From Thermoplasmata archaeon (GTDB taxonomy: Archaea; Thermoplasmatota; Thermoplasmata; RBG-16-68-12; JAGMCJ01), in NCBI GenBank assembly GCA_023136265.1, contig JAGLRN010000002.1:667-64666 (forward strand): DNA of 64,000 bases, given 5' to 3'. The notes under the pieces were generated by a model that saw nothing but the letters and a program-made list of their open reading frames with translations, was not told the origin of the DNA and ran no database searches. The position numbers and the translations under genes were made by a program. This document shows, piece by piece, positions 61,504 through 64,000 of the stretch (its first letter is position 1; every line of letters starts with the position of its first letter).

Positions 61504-62118
61504 CTAGCTCGATTCTGCGCCGCCAAAGAGCCGCTCCCTAATCGTGTCCCTTTTTGAGTATCCAATATAGGATAGAATCCCGATACCAGCTGCGATTAGA
61601 GCCACGGAGAGGGTGGTAGTGATAATCGGATCCATGAGAGACATGGCATTGTCGATTCTCCGCGAAACGCCGTCCTCGTCCAACACCCCCACGTACGATG
61701 AAGCCACTCTCCCGCTTCTATCGATGAACAACGTATGGGGGACAGAGCCCACTCCGTAAGTCTCGATCAGATTCTCGCTGTCCGTCGCAAAGACCCAACC
61801 AGCTTCATGGGACTCACTGTACTGCCGCAGAACGGTGTTGTTGTCCGATAGGCTTACGGTTATGGATACAATCGTCAGATCGCCTTCGCTGTAGCTCGCC
61901 TTGACATCCTTGAATATCTCTGTCTGAGCGAGACACGAGGGGCAGGTCGTGAACATGAACTCCAGGACGACAACCTCCCCGCGATGGTCGGAAAGCTCGA
62001 AGGACTGACCGTACGCATCGACGACTGTGAAGTCCGGAGCGGGTTCCTCAATCAGAAATACCAGTGTCAGACCGAGAGAGAAAAGCACGAGAGCAATGAG
62101 TACTGCTTTCTTCATCAC
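61504..62118 (-). CDS. TlpA/CcmG-like membrane thioredoxin
   Basis: APDF, CPSC, VPHT.FID; TMs at both ends. Confidence 0.85.
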   Translation of the reverse strand: MMKKAVLIALVLFSLGLTLVFLIEEPAPDFTVVDAYGQSFELSDHRGEVVVLEFMFTTCPSCLAQTEIFKDVKASYSEGDLTIVSITVSLSDNNTVLRQYSESHEAGWVFATDSENLIETYGVGSVPHTLFIDRSGRVASSYVGVLDEDGVSRRIDNAMSLMDPIITTTLSVALIAAGIGILSYIGYSKRDTIRERLFGGAESS

Positions 62119-62141
62119 AACCGCCTGCGGGCGAATGGCAA

Positions 62142-62567
62142 TCAGTATCTAGACGAGCAACCAACGAGTATGTCGTTCGCGTCGACAACATCAATCTGGT
62201 AGGCACTTCCATTGTGGTGAAACAGACCCTTGACAACCACGTCCTTTCCGTTTGCAAACTGCGAGGGCACCGCGTTGTAGCTGATTACGATGTAGGTTGG
62301 GTCCTCCTCAGAGTACCCGGTGAGGTTGAATGCGCTCTCAAACGGAAGCCATGTCTCCACCGTTCCCCTGACCTCAACCTGTTTCCCCTCATACTTCGAG
62401 GGGTCCGCCATTACCTTGTCCACTGTATCGTACGGGTCGGCTGGAGCGGCGCTGAGGAAGATGACGACGAGTATGGCGATTACCGCTAGGACCACGACAA
62501 CCTTCAGAATCAGCTTCTTCTTCGCATCAGATTCAGGCTTCTGCGGCTCAGTCTCTTCCACCGTCAA
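62142..62567 (-). CDS. ccmE: Heme chaperone CcmE, CxxxY variant
   Basis: TM, OB fold (V.VRG.V; P..F..GKDVVV.G), C-terminal GCSSRY. Confidence 0.85.
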   Translation of the reverse strand: MTVEETEPQKPESDAKKKLILKVVVVLAVIAILVVIFLSAAPADPYDTVDKVMADPSKYEGKQVEVRGTVETWLPFESAFNLTGYSEEDPTYIVISYNAVPSQFANGKDVVVKGLFHHNGSAYQIDVVDANDILVGCSSRY

Positions 62568-62694
62568 TGACCTCCTTGAGGAGCTTGATCTCTTTCGTTA
62601 TCTTGCTTTGCCTTTGGGTGAGATATAGAACATAGAGGACTATTCCCGCCCAGATGATCAGGTATGCCCAGTAGAACTGCTCGACCCCTATCAT
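62548..62694 (-). CDS. ccmD: CcmD-like small membrane protein, 48 aa (not in ORF track)
   Basis: MIGVEQFYWAYLIIWAGIVLYVLYLTQRQSKITKEIKLL; ATGA overlap with the ccmC stop. Confidence 0.75.
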   Translation of the reverse strand: MIGVEQFYWAYLIIWAGIVLYVLYLTQRQSKITKEIKLLKEVIDGGRD

Positions 62695-63665
62695 TCCTCT
62701 TCCTCCAGCTTTTCCTTCAAGTCCTGAATCTCCATTACCGACCTCTCTATTGCAGTCCGCCTAGAAAAAAGTGTCGCGTAGACGAAGGTAAAGGCCAGAA
62801 CGCCCAGCATGAGAACGGTTCCCGCCTCGGAAGAGAGGTGTCCCGTGGAGGAAGCCACAACGTTGGGGTGTAGACTGGTCCAGATTCTCGATGAGATGAA
62901 AGAAATGGGAACTGCCGCGAAACCCAATACACCGAAAATGGCGGCAACCCTGGGGATGCTCTCATGCCTAACCGCTCCGCTGCGAATGGCGACGTATGCG
63001 ATGAATATCAGCCAGAGGACGAATGTCGAAAACAACTTCGCATCGTTCCAGTCCCAGTAGTAGCCCCACTCTGCCTTAGCCCAGAGAGCGCCGGATATGA
63101 CTGCGACCGTGTTGAACATCAGTCCGACTTCGGCAGACGACAGGGCCCAGATATCCCACTTCTGACCGCCCTTCAATAGATATGCAATGCTGCACCCAAG
63201 TACGACTCCGAACGCCAAGAATGACGTCCATGCGGCTGGGACATGGAAGTAGAATATCTTTGCCGAATATGGAGAGGTCCACCCCGCCGGTTCGTCTGGG
63301 TCATCAGCGATTTCGACTTCCTTCGCCGAGAAGCCATCATCCGGGTCGTATCGTCCAACGACATACACGGTGTCCCCGTCACTCGCCAAAGTGGAAAGAT
63401 CGCCTTCCCCAGAATATGTGACATTGATGGTGATGCCAGGGTCCGGACTCGAGATGTCCCAAAGGGAGAGGTCCTGCCCGCTGAGATCGTGCACGACACC
63501 TTTCACCCTAACGTCGTCACCAGTATAGTCAGATTCATGCTCTACGACGGTCAAGACGTCCACAGGCTCCAAGGGAGCGTAGTAGAAGGCAGCCAGAGTC
63601 GTGGCAGATACGAACACAACGGCCAGAATCACCAACACAATGTCGATCAACTTCCTTCTTTCCAT
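62691..63665 (-). CDS. ccmC: Heme exporter CcmC with an N-terminal OB-fold fusion
   Basis: FYFHVP, WWD motif WAKAEWGYYWDW, LHP. Confidence 0.9.
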   Translation of the reverse strand: MERRKLIDIVLVILAVVFVSATTLAAFYYAPLEPVDVLTVVEHESDYTGDDVRVKGVVHDLSGQDLSLWDISSPDPGITINVTYSGEGDLSTLASDGDTVYVVGRYDPDDGFSAKEVEIADDPDEPAGWTSPYSAKIFYFHVPAAWTSFLAFGVVLGCSIAYLLKGGQKWDIWALSSAEVGLMFNTVAVISGALWAKAEWGYYWDWNDAKLFSTFVLWLIFIAYVAIRSGAVRHESIPRVAAIFGVLGFAAVPISFISSRIWTSLHPNVVASSTGHLSSEAGTVLMLGVLAFTFVYATLFSRRTAIERSVMEIQDLKEKLEEEE

Positions 63666-63666
63666 G

Positions 63667-64000
63667 TTAGCCCTCCAATATATGCCCAAAGAGGAGATAT
63701 GCGAGAAGCAGGCTCAAGATGCCGAATCCACCCAGAATTCTGAGGTCTGGGGCGAGGTCCCCGCTTCCAATGACGACCGTAGAGGTCGCAACCACAGCGG
63801 GGATGACGACCGTAAAGACTATGAGCGGTATGAGAGCGATCTGCAGGAGGGACTGGCGGGTCCTTGCGCTCATCGTCATTCCTGATATGAGAGTGCCCAT
63901 CGCGACAAAGCTGAACGTGCCGAGCAAAAGGACCAAGAAGAGGGTCAGAATGTCCCCGCCAAAATCATAGGCGAAGAAGGCGATGATGAAGACCACCGTC
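63667..64000 (-). CDS. ccmB: Heme exporter CcmB (partial, runs off the window)
   Basis: GTLISGM.M.ARTRQSLL...L.PL..P.V; upstream of ccmC. Confidence 0.8.
   Translation of the reverse strand, partial: TVVFIIAFFAYDFGGDILTLFLVLLLGTFSFVAMGTLISGMTMSARTRQSLLQIALIPLIVFTVVIPAVVATSTVVIGSGDLAPDLRILGGFGILSLLLAYLLFGHILEG

Overview
Archaeal chromosomal core region. The likely lineage is Thermoplasmata (inference from gyrBA, pantoate kinase plus coaBC, RaSEA, extended Spt5 and a Thermoplasmata-style surface-protein C-terminus). It holds about 70 CDS and 3 tRNAs (Thr-UGU, Cys-GCA, Val-GAC). I saw no rRNA, CRISPR array, transposase or integrase. Ordinary content: three GT4 glycosyltransferases, sufS, the L11-L1-L10-P1 ribosomal cluster with spt5, secE and two tandem ftsZ, cysS-gyrB-gyrA, nth, CoA genes, herA, tmk, ppsA, KH-rio1-aIF1A, nob1, thiI, thiF, glyA, csl4 and copA. 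Most notable: (1) two long non-coding arrays (19.03-19.38 kb and 51.50-51.84 kb) of short purine-rich motifs (ACGGAG; GCAAGG/GCGAAG) phased at about 11 bp, on the same strand, each in a divergent intergenic region; (2) a doubly membrane-anchored 12-heme cytochrome c in an operon with a split b6-type cytochrome b that lacks PEWY and has no adjacent Rieske gene, flanked by a variant Ccm system including an OB-fold/CcmC fusion; (3) a membrane-anchored SAP-like plus zinc-ribbon repeat protein; (4) Spt5 with an acidic/Ig-like N-terminal extension; (5) tRNA-Cys with A73 directly upstream of cysS; (6) small ORFs missing from the ORF track. All family assignments come from motif recognition by eye, with no database searches.
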